Source: Acanthaster planci
Lineage: Eukaryota
NCBI RefSeq assembly: GCF_001949145.1
Contig: NW_019091358.1
Coordinates: 1,808,240 to 1,872,239, forward strand
Direction of reading: 5' to 3'
Length of the DNA: 64,000 nucleotides
How positions within the stretch are numbered: the first letter of the stretch is position 1; every line of letters starts with the position of its first letter. Shown piece after piece: positions 38,530 to 50,626 of the stretch. Both the position numbers and the translations under genes were made by a program. The notes beneath the pieces were generated by a model. That model did not search any database, was not told the origin of the DNA, and was given only the letters and a program-made list of their open reading frames with translations.

Positions 38530-41500
38530 CTGGTGCAAATCCCAGAGTGAAACGTAACACTGTAGATATAACCCCCATCCATCCGTAGGCACTGGCCAAC
38601 AAATCCACTCAAAGCAGCAGCTTGACGAAGACGTATCTCACACAGCCTGCAAAACCGTAGCCAATCATATTCAATAGTGACGCCATCACAATCGCCCAGT
38701 AATTCGTCAGCCACGCGGATGCACAATATTAAGCAATACTGATACCAACAGCCACAACCATCACAGTCCAACACAGTAGTGTCAATCGGTTTTATAGAGT
38801 GACACCCTGAACAACTTTACTTATCAAATTGCCAACGCCTTCAACCGCTACAAAACTTACAGCATCCTCCAAAGAGCATCCTTTGGACAATGGCACTTGA
38901 CACAAAACAGATGTTCCACAAGTCAAAGGTAAACTTAGTATTGCAGTACAAGAGGGCAGTCCAGAAATGAACACCCCGAAGCAGTTTCAGATTCAAATCG
39001 ACCATGAAGTTCTTCCATGATACACACAAGAAAGAGAGCAAGCTTGGGGGTGTAACGTGGATGGTGGGTTTCCCGGTATTAACTGGTGGTTAGTACTTGA
39101 ACTTTCCAAAGCACCAGACACAAGCATCAAAGCGCCACAGACCATCATGTGTGAAAACATTGCTCCACGTAACAGCATTGCTCCTCTCCAACCGTACTTG
39201 TCCAGGAGTAACTGAACGAGAGGCGCACTCACGAACAGCGCAATCGATGATCCAGTTCGCGCAATACCATCAGCTATGGCATGGTTGTCATTAAAGAAGA
39301 TGCCAACGGCCTCCTTTGAAAGAATACTTAATATCCCTTGGGATGTTCCTGAAAAAATATTTCAATGCGAATTTTAGAACACTACCCTTTGAATTGACCG
39401 TGAAGAGTGTATCAATTATTGATTGAAAAAATGTAACACATTGCCCTCGCTGTTATCATTTAACCCAAAAGATAACATTTCATGGAAATGTTTTGGGATC
39501 TTGCGCTTAAGAAGTCTAAATTGTTTGACTATCAAATGCAACTTTACAATAGATATCGTTGTGCACCACCAGCTAGTTGATGGCCTGCCTTCAAATGACA
39601 GTCCGTCAAACATCCTGTCACGAGGACAGGATACTCTTGCAAAGGAACTTCAACAGAGTGGACAGAAGAAAGAGTGTTTCACGCCCACATCCAACGTCGT
39701 GCTTCTGCCGTGTCGAACTCAAATACTTTGAGAATCTTTAATTAATGGCGGCAGAAGCACGACGTTTGACGCAAAACGTTTGAGTACGACATTGTCGTGC
39801 TACACGGCAGCTATACGACGTGGCGTCAAACGTCGTGCTATCGTTACGTCCAATAAAATGAAATTCGCACTTTGGCTTGACATATTTGGAACTCGTATGC
39901 GTAGCTACATAATTGAGGATGAAAATTGATAACACAGACAAACATGCAAATATGATGACGGTTGCAGCCGTGTTAGCCTAATCGAAAGCGAGTCCTCGTC
40001 TGATTTTTCTTTTGCATGAAATATGAAATAAAGTGACCTTTGAACACACCCAAAAGTTACCTCCAATTTTTTTTGTGCATGCTTACAGGATTGTTTGGAA
40101 CAAGCCTCCAATTTCAATTTATGCAAACATGCAAACGGTGCAAAGTCAACGATTATAATAAGTCTTTGCCGAATGAATCAACAGGGCGGAAAGATGGATC
40201 GAGCGCATCCATGAATTTGTAGAACGGAATTTTTAGAATGAGTATAACGAAGTGGCGAAAACGCCGCATTGGATAATGAAATTAAAGAATCGAATAGTGA
40301 ATCTACCAAATTGAATGGTGCACAGCCGAAGAGATTTACGATATTGCCTTAGTTGCTGACAGGAAAGGTCGCATTTCAGGATTGAATGGTGAAATTACCG
40401 AATGTTATAGCGAACGTGTCGAATAAAATGATGAAATTGCGAAATACTGGTGAAAGTGCAAAATGAAACCGTGAAAATAACGAGTTAAATTTTGAAATTG
40501 GCGAATTGAATGTCGAAATTAAATGGTTGAATCATCAAAAGGAACGGCGAAACTACCCGTAAAACGAAATGTTATGATTAACGAAACCAATGATGTACGT
40601 GTATTGCTACCGAAGATGGCATTGGTGTTCCATTAAATCATGCAGGCATCAGTCTCTTTCTTTTCACTATGTTATCTTCAATTAAATACGACTATCATTT
40701 GACAATTAAATTCGATGTTTGACACCATTGCTGACTCTGTTGCGCGTTTAACGCGCTTAAATGATATGCATTCAAGAAGGTAGAAGCACGACGTTTGACC
40801 CAGGCCTCAGTTCTCCAAGAATTAGTAATACAATAATATTTTCTCCTTTTTTCAAAATATCATGATGGGTTTTCTTGGCCAATTTCAGCCAAAAGTCGAT
40901 CAATTTAAAACATGGCCCATTTAAACTCGTAAAAAAAGAATGATCCTTTACCCGAGCATTCGAAAATTAAAGCCTGTACCCGATTTCGTTAATGAGCATT
41001 CTCTATACGTTCATTTAAATTCCAAAAGTTGTTTCAGTCGTCACTTTCGTCAAAGGGCTTTTGAAGAGGTTGACCAGGCATTCCAGTCAGTCAATACTCA
41101 ATTTCGTTTCACTTGTGGGAAATCAAATTCGTTTCAGTGATAAGCGCTTTCTGGATTCTAAATCTACATTTCCCAGAAAAAGGCTTAACGGCGGATCTTG
41201 AGACAGCTTTTTGTCAACGTGAGTTCGAACAAAAATTGTGGCGGCAGGGTTCTTACAAGAAAATGAGTACCGCTGGTATGGACAAGCTGATAAATGCTTT
41301 CCAAGGCAATAACGCAGAGAAAGGACAACAAACATTTTTTTCTTATTTTTTCTTTGCATAATTCACATGTACATATATGTACATTTGCATGTATTTTGAA
41401 ATATTTGAAACAAAAAATTCACAACATCAGTACTCACACCAAAGAGCAAAACACATATTTTCTGATTTGACTGAAGAAGTAGGCGTGGATACACACACAA

Positions 41501-42631
41501 AATAAAGGAAACAGAGTAATCTTTCATAATCATCAAGCAATGATTAAACGAATATCATACAGAATGATTTACAATAAAAAAAACCAACGGCATTAACTTC
41601 TCCAGTGCTCCTATATTGAATACTCAGAACGCGAAATAAAAACACTTAAAACGAAAAAGAAAATTAGCTCAGGTGAAAGACCCAATATGCGTCGATGAGA
41701 TTTAATTTGACTGCACCTACAGGGAAAAAGCAGCAGCTATTACACTGAATAATGGCGATAGTGTACTATTGAATACCCATAAAAAAAGTGGAATGACGGA
41801 AACAAAACTGAAAGGAAAAGCTAAAAAATGTTGTGCTCGAAAACAAATTTGAATATCATAATAGGGAAAAAGAAGCCTAGAACAAATTAACCGAAATAGC
41901 TGTGCAAACGTGAATACGTGTTAACGGAACTGAGAGGATTTTGGCTAAATTGAAAGATGAACCACCCGATCCGACTACCTGCCTCCGTTAATTATCGAGG
42001 CTTTTAAAAGAAGTGCCATGTTCAAAGCTTGGCGATCATATATTATCGCATCATGTAATATGGGTGTCGATAACGTGTTGAAGTGGATACTTTGTCCCTT
42101 GAATAAACAAAAATCCAAGGCCACAGACATGTGAAGCAATTTACATTTAAATATTGAACTTTTCCAACGGGGACAGACTGAGAAAGGAAAGAATCAAAAA
42201 AATGCCCCCCCTAGGACTCGACCTTCGGACGTCCTGAAGGCTCCAAATGGCAAATGGTGCATTTGTTCTCCCTACCCATTCCCGCAACGTCCTTGGTTCA
42301 GAATGTACATGCACACGAATTGACAGGTACAAAAAAATACATGTATATCCTCATTTGAAATCAGGTAGGCCTATGTTACTTTTTATACGCATGATTCAAA
42401 TTCAGTGTGTACCTACTAATCCAGCCCAAGTACCGACCAACGAGATAATCCAACCAATAATCCTTTCTCTTCAAACTGGATGTGTAGGCCTAATGTAGGC
42501 AGCAAAACTCCTAGACTTTGGGTGAGGTCCACAGAAGTAAGACAGTAAGTCCACATTGTCAAAACCACAATCATTCCAACATATCGTCTATTTCTGTGAC
42601 TTCGGCGTATTCTGCCCTGTGTGTTGCTCAT
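38530..42631 (-). pseudogene. SLC16/monocarboxylate-transporter-family pseudogene (paralog of 55139-57635)
   Basis: Exon 1 (42413-42631; VLTMWTYCL..LGVLLPTL..QFEEK) is frameshifted before IIGWIIS..GLVG|gt. The exon 3 equivalent (38530-39348; FFNDNHAIADGIARTGSS..YGWRGAMLL..LLASAYGWMG..FTLGFAP|gt) has several frameshifts and stops. Intron positions match the intact copy. Exon 2 and exon 4 equivalents were not found. Confidence 0.85.
39685..40806. mobile_element. Composite or nested MITE sharing the TIR core aacgtcgtgcttct, with an internal degenerate ~21-bp repeat array
   Basis: Perfect 18-bp inverted repeat at 39693-39710 / 39749-39766. Further copies: gtcaaacgtcgtgcta (~39825) and agaagcacgacgtttgacc (~40782-40800). 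Array of gaattgaatggtgaaatt-like units at ~40240-40560. A related end (cacgacgtttcaaacaggtc) occurs at ~7556-7575. Confidence 0.55.
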
Positions 42632-43628
42632 TGCTACGATGCGGAGACCTGTGTTAATTGCAAATACCTTATTTTATAATGAAAAAATGAAAGAAAATAA
42701 AATTCTGCATAGAATTTGTATCATATATTTTCGCAATGGTAAGTACGTTCTGACATCAGACTATGTCGGCCAAAAGGATACTCCTCTAGTCCAAACCTTC
42801 GAAGCTTGGTGTAAATCACGTGAAATCGTGCGGGATATGTCATGGTTAGGGTTTATCGCGTTTAAAAAAAATGATATACATCACTTTAAACATAATTAAA
42901 GCAAAAGCTTCGCGGCTTCAATACAGTTATCTTCCTTTTGCAAAGTATTTATCAATAAATAAAATGATTTTGAGCAAAACATGAGTGTCTAAAAATAACG
43001 AGATCAGCCTCCCTCAAAACAACTGGAGGAATAACAAACACGCCGGGGTACCCACGAAATTGTTGGTATAGCGGTTTTTGGTATAGCTATTTTGAGTTAC
43101 GGATGGACACCTTCGTTCCAAACTCCAGTCTGTAGTCAATCTTGTGCCGCCACCCGCCCCACAAACGTTTCAGTACGGCAATTTTTGGCTAACACGTACA
43201 CGTAAGAAAATAATAAAGTTAACAATAAAGAATAAAAACAAAAAAAAATCCTGCATTTTGTTAAAGATAGGTTCATTTCCTTTCATGTTCACCTTTCGAG
43301 TAGTCCTCACCGGATGTAGAATTATTCTCAGATTGAGTAGTTTGTATAATTCTAAACCAGCATACTTTTTTACACTTCAGTGTGCCATATGTACGCCCTG
43401 CCAGCTTGATGCATAAATATGTTAAGTGTTTAACAAAGAATGCAATTGCGAATTTTCAGCACAGCCAGATTCAGAGGTGACGGTAGCAGCCCATAAACTG
43501 TAGAAATGTCATGCCATATTGATATATATTCTTTACTTTTGACTTTTGATTAAGCATACAGAAAAAAGCACTGCACTTTGTGACCTGGGATATTTGTAAC
43601 TCAGCGACTTGAACCAGCTGTAGTAATA

Positions 43629-45386
43629 CAGAGTGTCCCAGAAGAAATAAACCCCGAGGAAAGGGGTTAATGTGCCCAAACCATGACATATGATTATAAT
43701 GTATAAGGATATCCGAAAAGTAGAAACAGTATTCTTTCCAATGATACCTTGATAGTATCCCTCCTGTCATGCATGACTGAACACCACTGTCTTGAAAATG
43801 GGGCATCCTGACTCAGTTATAACACTTTGGATAAACCAGTGAACGAGGTTGTCCTCTGTCATGCTTGTCCTGGATAAGATATCAGGGGCAAACCGATTAT
43901 TTACACATTACGTAATTCACAGTTAACTTTGCACCGGCATCTTCCGCGTGTCCGCCTGCCCTTTCAATAAAGAGTTCACAACGGCGGCGCATGTCAGCCA
44001 CAGCTCACCTCACCAATGCAGGGTCATGTCGTAAGATGTCAACCTCCTGTTGAATGCGACCTCGTAAGTCTTGGATGTTACGTGGTGGTCTGTTAAAAAC
44101 TTTTTCCTTCAGATGCCCCTTAAAAATAATCACACGGGGTGAGATCCGGAGAACGGGGCGGCCATTCAATTGGATTGTTAAGAGCATTCCTCACAGCGAT
44201 TAGCCTGTGTGCGGGTGCCACGTCTTGGGCCCACCACAGATGTCGGAAAACACCATTAAAGGCGTGCCGTTGAAAATGCATCTGAACTTGGGGTACCACG
44301 TCTTCGTTGATCATGTGCAAGTACTGTTGACCATTCACATTCCGTTCGAAAAAGAATGGTCCGAAAATGACATCATACCCATACAGTCATACCAAAACGG
44401 TGACCTTCTGACGACTCATGTTGGTTTGAAAGTTAAAATTTGGCGGGTGCCCCTTCTGTGCGTACTCGACGTTGTTGTGGGTGTTAACTTCTCCGTTCAT
44501 CCCAAATGCTGCCTCATCACCGATTGTCAACCATTCAAGAAACCTTTCATTGGCCTGACAGCGTTCTAGGAACCATTGAGCAAGCTCCCGTCTCCTCCTG
44601 AGGTCTCCACGCAAAAGTTGGTGTCGGATGTGCCTTCGGTAAGGATGGAACTGCAGGTCTAACTGCGTTATGCGGTTAAACAAAGAATGGGACAGTCCAA
44701 GTCCATTCCTCCTGCAACTGTTTCCCCTTGGCTGTTCGACAAGTTGCTGTTGAACTGCAACAATGTTTTCAGGAGTTCGCACTGTGCGCCTCCTTCCCGA
44801 ATGACCCTTATTCAAATTAAGACTTGTCCCATGTTCTTGGTATTTGCGCACATTTTCCCAGATGGTCGACTTTGCCGGTGGATCCTTATCAGGGAAGGCC
44901 TAAATGCAGCTTGGGTGGCTTAAAAACTCTTGTTTTCAAGACATTTCGTCACGACAAACACTCTTTGCTCGTTGGTAAAGTTGCACGATGTTGCAGACTT
45001 GCTGTCCTGCTTCGAATACAACGCTGCACTGGCCTACCTTGGGGCAAGTCAACACATTTAAACCAGGTTATTTCATAACTTGAAAGTGACAAAATGCAAT
45101 CTTCCCTCATGAACATGACCTTTTGTTGTCACTTTCAACCAGGACAAGTATGACAGAGGACAACCTCATTTACGGCCCGGTTTATCCAAAGAGTTACAAC
45201 TGAGCCCGGATGCCCAAATTTCAAGACAATATCGCTCAGTCATGCATGACAGGAGGGATACCATCAAGGTATTATTAGAAAGATTACTGCTTCTACTTTT
45301 CGGAGATCCTTATACATTATAATCATATCTCATGGTTTGGGCATATTAACCCTTTCCTGAGAGTTTGGTTTTTCTGGGACACCCTG
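43629..45386 (-). mobile_element. Tc1/mariner-superfamily DNA transposon with ~245-bp TIRs (probably rosa/DD41D-like), inactive
   Basis: TA|cagagtgtcccagaa...ttctgggacaccctg|TA. TIRs at ~43629-43873 and ~45139-45386 are diverged reverse complements. Contains a decayed transposase. Confidence 0.93.
43935..44990 (-). pseudogene. Frameshifted DDD transposase of the Tc1/mariner element
   Basis: N-terminal HTH region EQRVFVVTKCLENKSF*..PPAKSTIWENVRKYQEHG..SGRRRTVRT. Catalytic motifs IGDEAAF, WWAQDVAPAH, WPPRSPDLTPCDYF. C-terminal GHLKEKVF..DLRGRI..GGHAE. Split over several frames with stops. Confidence 0.9.
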
Positions 45387-48300
45387 TATAATAACTTGCA
45401 GCCTTTTTTGTGTTGATACTGTGTTCAGTACTTTGCTGCACAAAATGACATGTCTGTTTAGAAGAAATTAGGAGATCACAATTTAGGACCAGAGTTTCAG
45501 TATGGGACGTTTACTGGTCTTTTAGCCTTTTGAAGCACAGTTGGCACTAACAGAAGGCGCTGTTTGAAGTAGGTCAAGTTGGAGTAAACACAAAAGATTT
45601 TACCCAAACTGAAAAGCGCTGTCCTATTGTGTCTGCCATACCTCAAATAGGCTAATGGGGGTACATTAAACGGGTTTTCTACTCACGTAGTTATTGGTAG
45701 AGGATAAAAGAAGGATCAGGTGTGACCATATGTGACAGCAGCTTCGTGTGTCCTGTTATGATAATCAAACACACTCGGTCTGGTGTCATGGTCTAGTGCG
45801 CCATGTGCACATGCATGGTGGGTCAGGTGCGCCTTATATCATGGCTGGGACTGGTGATCCGTGATGGACTGGTGTGCCCCATGTAACTGGATTTTTTGCC
45901 TGCTTGCCAATATATTGCCCACAGCTGTGGCAAGAGTCAAGAAACTTTTCTTTGTGCTTTTATATTCATTCGAGTCCGACAATAAAATATTTTATCATTA
46001 AGTGAGGAAATTATTTATTCTCAGATTTCCAAAGCAGTTTGTATTATTCTAAACATGCGCATATTTATAACCTGTGATTATGCCACAGGGTAAACTCTGA
46101 AGAAGTATTTCCAGCCCGTTGCATACATTTATGCGTGACGCATGTTAACTGTTTGGAACACAGAAAGCCATTTCAGCACTAACAGATTCTCAGCCGACCA
46201 TAGGCAGCCAAGCAATTGTAGAAATGTCAAACTCTCTTATGAATATTCATTAAGTATAGGCAGCGCTGTTCCTCCACCTTACGTGGCTCTGTGTGACATT
46301 TCGAATCAGGATACAGAAAGAGATAATGCTTTTTATGACTTGGGATGATATTTGTGTCTTTGTTAAATGAGCTGGCTGTAGTAAATGTCACGGAGTTACG
46401 TGAGGGGTGGCGTGACCAGATGGTGATGAGTACGCCTAATTATGAATTTTAGGATCAATATCTTCAGCAATTCTAAAAATGTGAGTAAATTCCAAAATAA
46501 AGAAGAAGGAAAGCAAAGAATTATTCTAAAGATAGATTGGAATTATTTATTTCTGATTAAATGATTCAAGAATTTACGAATTGAAAATAATGTATTGTTC
46601 CACGGAAGAGCATTTTATGTCGACATAATAGGATAGTGAAATCCAAACGCACTAATGGAATTTAATGATTATGGCCGCTAATGCAATAAATTAATGGTGA
46701 AAGGCAAAAAGAATTATTTGATTGGCTTATATGGTGATATGGAAATAGGTGGGTATAGGTAAAATGTATAAACTGCATAAAATATCGAAGGTTTTGAGCG
46801 AAAATGAAACTTACGTCCTGGCGAAATTAACTCTAGCAAGAGAGATGCAGCTTGTCACGTACACCACAGCGAAGTACTTCGTGTACGCTTACAAAACTGA
46901 GCCTACGCGGCACGAGAAAACAGTCTACAAATGTTCAATTCTTAAATTAATACGAACATTTTTGCAGCATTACAATGGTTATGGATGACCACCACAGCGA
47001 GAGTTCACAGTAGTTCAGAGAGAAGAAACAAAGTAAAATTTCAGAATTATGTTCAGTGAGAATATAAACACGCGCAAAATGCAGGACGTGGTCAAGGCAA
47101 AGTAAGACTTTTTCAAATCTGACCACCACACAAAAAAATATAATAACCTGTAGCTTGAACTTTGTGTAGATATTGATATGAGAAAAGTTAAATATTCTGT
47201 GCGTAAAATGACAGGTAAATTTAGAAGAAATTAGGAGATCACTGAGCAGGATCAGAGTTTAAGTACGAAACCTTTACAGGCCTATTGCACACACTGAAGA
47301 AACTTGATACTCGTGGTGGCATTGGTGGAATATAGGTACGTTTGGTCTCCACGAATGCCAATTAATTTTTTTTTTAAAAACTCATAATTCGAAACCAGAT
47401 CTATTCATTTGCATCTCCACCAGTACGCTTACTCGATAAATGTCAGGTTCATTGGTGCATTTGCGGTTGTCTTAGATTATAAATGAACGGACATAGCGGT
47501 ATGTCCACTTCATATCCAGCTGTCTCCTGGATGTTCACAAGGAGTCACATTATTCTTCACCTCAGTCCAGTTGAGGGAAGGCATTTTAGCGGGCATGTGA
47601 CAGGAACATGTGTACAGTTCTTTTTAAATACATTGCACGTATCTTTAGGGCCAGTGAAGTTATTTCACCAGCCATGGTAATAGTACATTCCAACAACTTT
47701 GACTGTAATTTCAGTTTGCGGACAGGAACTATATAACTGCGCCCTTTTCTGCCGTAGCACAAAGCATTTAGCGTGGTAACTTTTTGTGCCGGGATGTTTA
47801 ACAGTTAACTGTTGGTGTTTTCATTAAAGGTTTCTTGATTGATATCATAATGAAATTTTCAACTCCTGCAATTTTATATAGCAGGGTCTGTTGTGCTCTG
47901 CCTTGCTCAATGAATTAACAGAGGGTCGGAAGGGCCTTCACGTGTCAGGCGTCTTGTATTTCTTTTTTAGCGATAATGTGCCACATTTCTTTGTCTGGTG
48001 TGCCATGCGTACACGCATGTCGGGCCTGGTGTGCCCTACTATCATGGCTGGGTAGGTGAGCCCGGCGGTTCCTGTGTTCTCCATGTAACTATACGGTTGT
48101 TAGCTACTGAAAAAGTAAACAAAAGAATGTTGTGTATTTTGTATTCTGAGATTAAGGCCTTGTGCCACAGCCTAAGATTCCACCCGCCTACAAAATTGGC
48201 AGTTGATAATCAAAATAGGCAGACTAAGTCCACCCAGTAATGGCGGAAAAGACAGACCCTGGACAAACGAGTTTCTCAGACCCCCCACTGTTGCAGACGC

Positions 48301-49006
48301 AAAGAAACTGGATCGACTTCAAGTCAAAAGTTGTTCGTCGCGAAAATTCATATACTACAAAGTCTGATATGGTGGAAAAATATTGCTTTCTAAATAGGCC
48401 CTGATTTGGAAAGACAAGTTCCCTCCAAATATAGCAACATGCAGGTGGTCTGGTGTGGAAGTACTGAACATACTGGCGAAATTTCAGCTCATAAAACCTA
48501 GTTGATGTCGGGGGTAAAATGTAAGGCTCTGTCCACAGTTCTACAGCCCCTGGACAACACCGGGCCCGACTTGTGTGGGCAATACCACATGCCCAAAGCT
48601 ACATGTACACGGACCACATGCACTTTAACCTAACCCCCAAGGGTGTATGTAAAATTGTATTGAAATTGGAGGATTCGGGACTTTTATGGTTAACCGCTGG
48701 CCACACGTAAAAACGCGATTGCTTCCCAGTTTGCAGTGGGAACACATCACCTCAAGACACTTTTTGAGTACTATGGAAAAAATCAACTAAACTTCAACCA
48801 GAAGTGATTTCAGTGACCAAACTATGAAGGTTTGGGTTACTGGTTTTGTGCATCTGGAAAACTTGCAGGACAAAGCAAATGGACTTCAGCCACACAAGAT
48901 AGCCAGCGGAGATTCCCCTAATGAAACACAAAGATAGTCTCATGACACCGGCGAGCAATTCGCATTATAATCAAGATGAGAGGAACTGGTGGAATACACG
49001 GGTAAA

Positions 49007-49179
49007 AATACGGGCGATTCACAACAGCACCCACCAAGAGTTTGCAACGTACTGACCAATCAAAATGTGCGAAATATGTCGACCCAATGCGCGTTTGGAA
49101 AGGGTCGAAAGATTTTGCGCTGTGATTGGTCAACGCGTTGCAAACTCTTGGAGCTGCACCATTGTGAATCGCCCGTATT
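49007..49179. mobile_element. Palindromic (hairpin) MITE, ~173 bp
   Basis: aatacgggcgattcacaa...ccaagagtttgcaacg..tgaccaatca...tcgaccc is mirrored by gggtcga...tgattggtca..cgttgcaaactcttgg...ttgtgaatcgcccgtatt. Confidence 0.8.
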
Positions 49180-50467
49180 GACCACATGCTTTTATATTCG
49201 ATCCTGCACAATCGGATGGCTGTGACCGGTATAGCCGTATAGTTACATCCGGTCGCACGCTCAGCGTCCAGACGCGCGCCCTTATGAACCTGATCGAATA
49301 AAAATGTTTCCATCGTGTAATTGTTCGCACTTGCATAACTATCCATTAGACCCCCCTGCCAGGGCATGTATTTTACACCCAGCGCACCACACAAGATACA
49401 AACGGCAAAGTTCGATGACCGAGATATACTCATTTTACAAGCTTTGCCAAGATCGATATGAATAACCCGTACAGCGGCTATGCGTCAAGATGAAGTTTCA
49501 GTGACTTTAAGACCTTTTACCCTTCATGGTTTTTACGCTGCAGTGCATAAAGGAATTTGATGCTACGCTCTTGTTCAATCAACTTTGCAAAATATCGCCT
49601 TACCAGTAAGGATTTGGCGAAATAATGAATCTGAATTGAATAACGTTCCCGTTCGGTTGCACCGTTCACACTGGAACGCTGGCGTGTTCCACTCTGTGCA
49701 TAGAACCTTCCAGACAGCGTTCCGTTGGTAACGCGTGTTCCTAGTGGAACGCCCCTCCCCCTGCTGTTACATTTGCAATTGGGAAGGAAGATTTTTGGCA
49801 TTCATTTTCTAGACGCTGTGTCTGAAGCACGGCAACTGGAGCACAGCATTTTGTGATATACTCTTAACTTTACCATGCAATGGATTTAGAATATTTCTGG
49901 ACACTGGTAATTTTATTGTGTTAATGTTAACATCTGTACTCGCGAGTGTTTTTTCATCGTCGGTCTTGCGTGGTAGAGGGGTTTACCATTGCAATGTTTC
50001 CACGCATGAGGATTCCATCATATGAGAAACAATTTGGAAGCCTAACCTGTAATTGAAGGGATGTGGGGTGAGGTCTTCAAAAATCACGAAAAGGTTGAAC
50101 AACGCGACGAAGACAATTTTGCTCGAATGTTTGGGTCTTTTTAATAGCGTGGCAGTTTCGACTGCTACGGCTATTTGTAGAGAGTTTAAGATTCGCTATT
50201 TAACAATTTCTGTGACGTCACTCCTTTATTCAAAGTGTAGATTAATTTTTAACGAATCTACAGTTATTGTAGATTGGTAACGACGAGGAAGTGCCCCTAG
50301 TGCCCCCTCGCCCGTTTCGGTCAAAATAGTTGTGACCGGAGGGTTCGGGAAGACCTTTTTTTTAAATGGTGCTCTCAGCTACTCAGGCTATTTGCGCCAA
50401 CAGCTATATGTTTATTCATAACTTTTATAAAATCAGCATCACGTTACAGAGTTAGGAAGAAGTTCCA

Positions 50468-50626
50468 GTATTAGAGGCAGGAGGAAACCGGAGTACCCGG
50501 AGAAAACCCGTAAGAGCGACTACGGACTGGAAACCAAATGCACTTAAAGCCTGGGCCAAGCCAGGACTCGAACCTGGGCCTCGGTGCCAAAGCGAGGAAA
50601 GAATCGTCACGCTAAACAACTCCCCC
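50468..50626 (-). mobile_element. tRNA-derived SINE
   Basis: Minus strand starts ggggagttgtttagcgtg (A-box-like), followed by B-box ggttcgagtcc and the widely shared SINE core gggttttctccgggtactccggtttcctcc. Confidence 0.75.

Noticed and set aside
47640..47730. HIRAN-like peptide TVKVVGMYYY on the minus strand
   Set aside because: Short match followed at once by a stop, with no further domain motifs.
48918..49433. 171-aa minus-strand ORF
   Set aside because: Spans a palindromic MITE; no recognisable domain or splice context.
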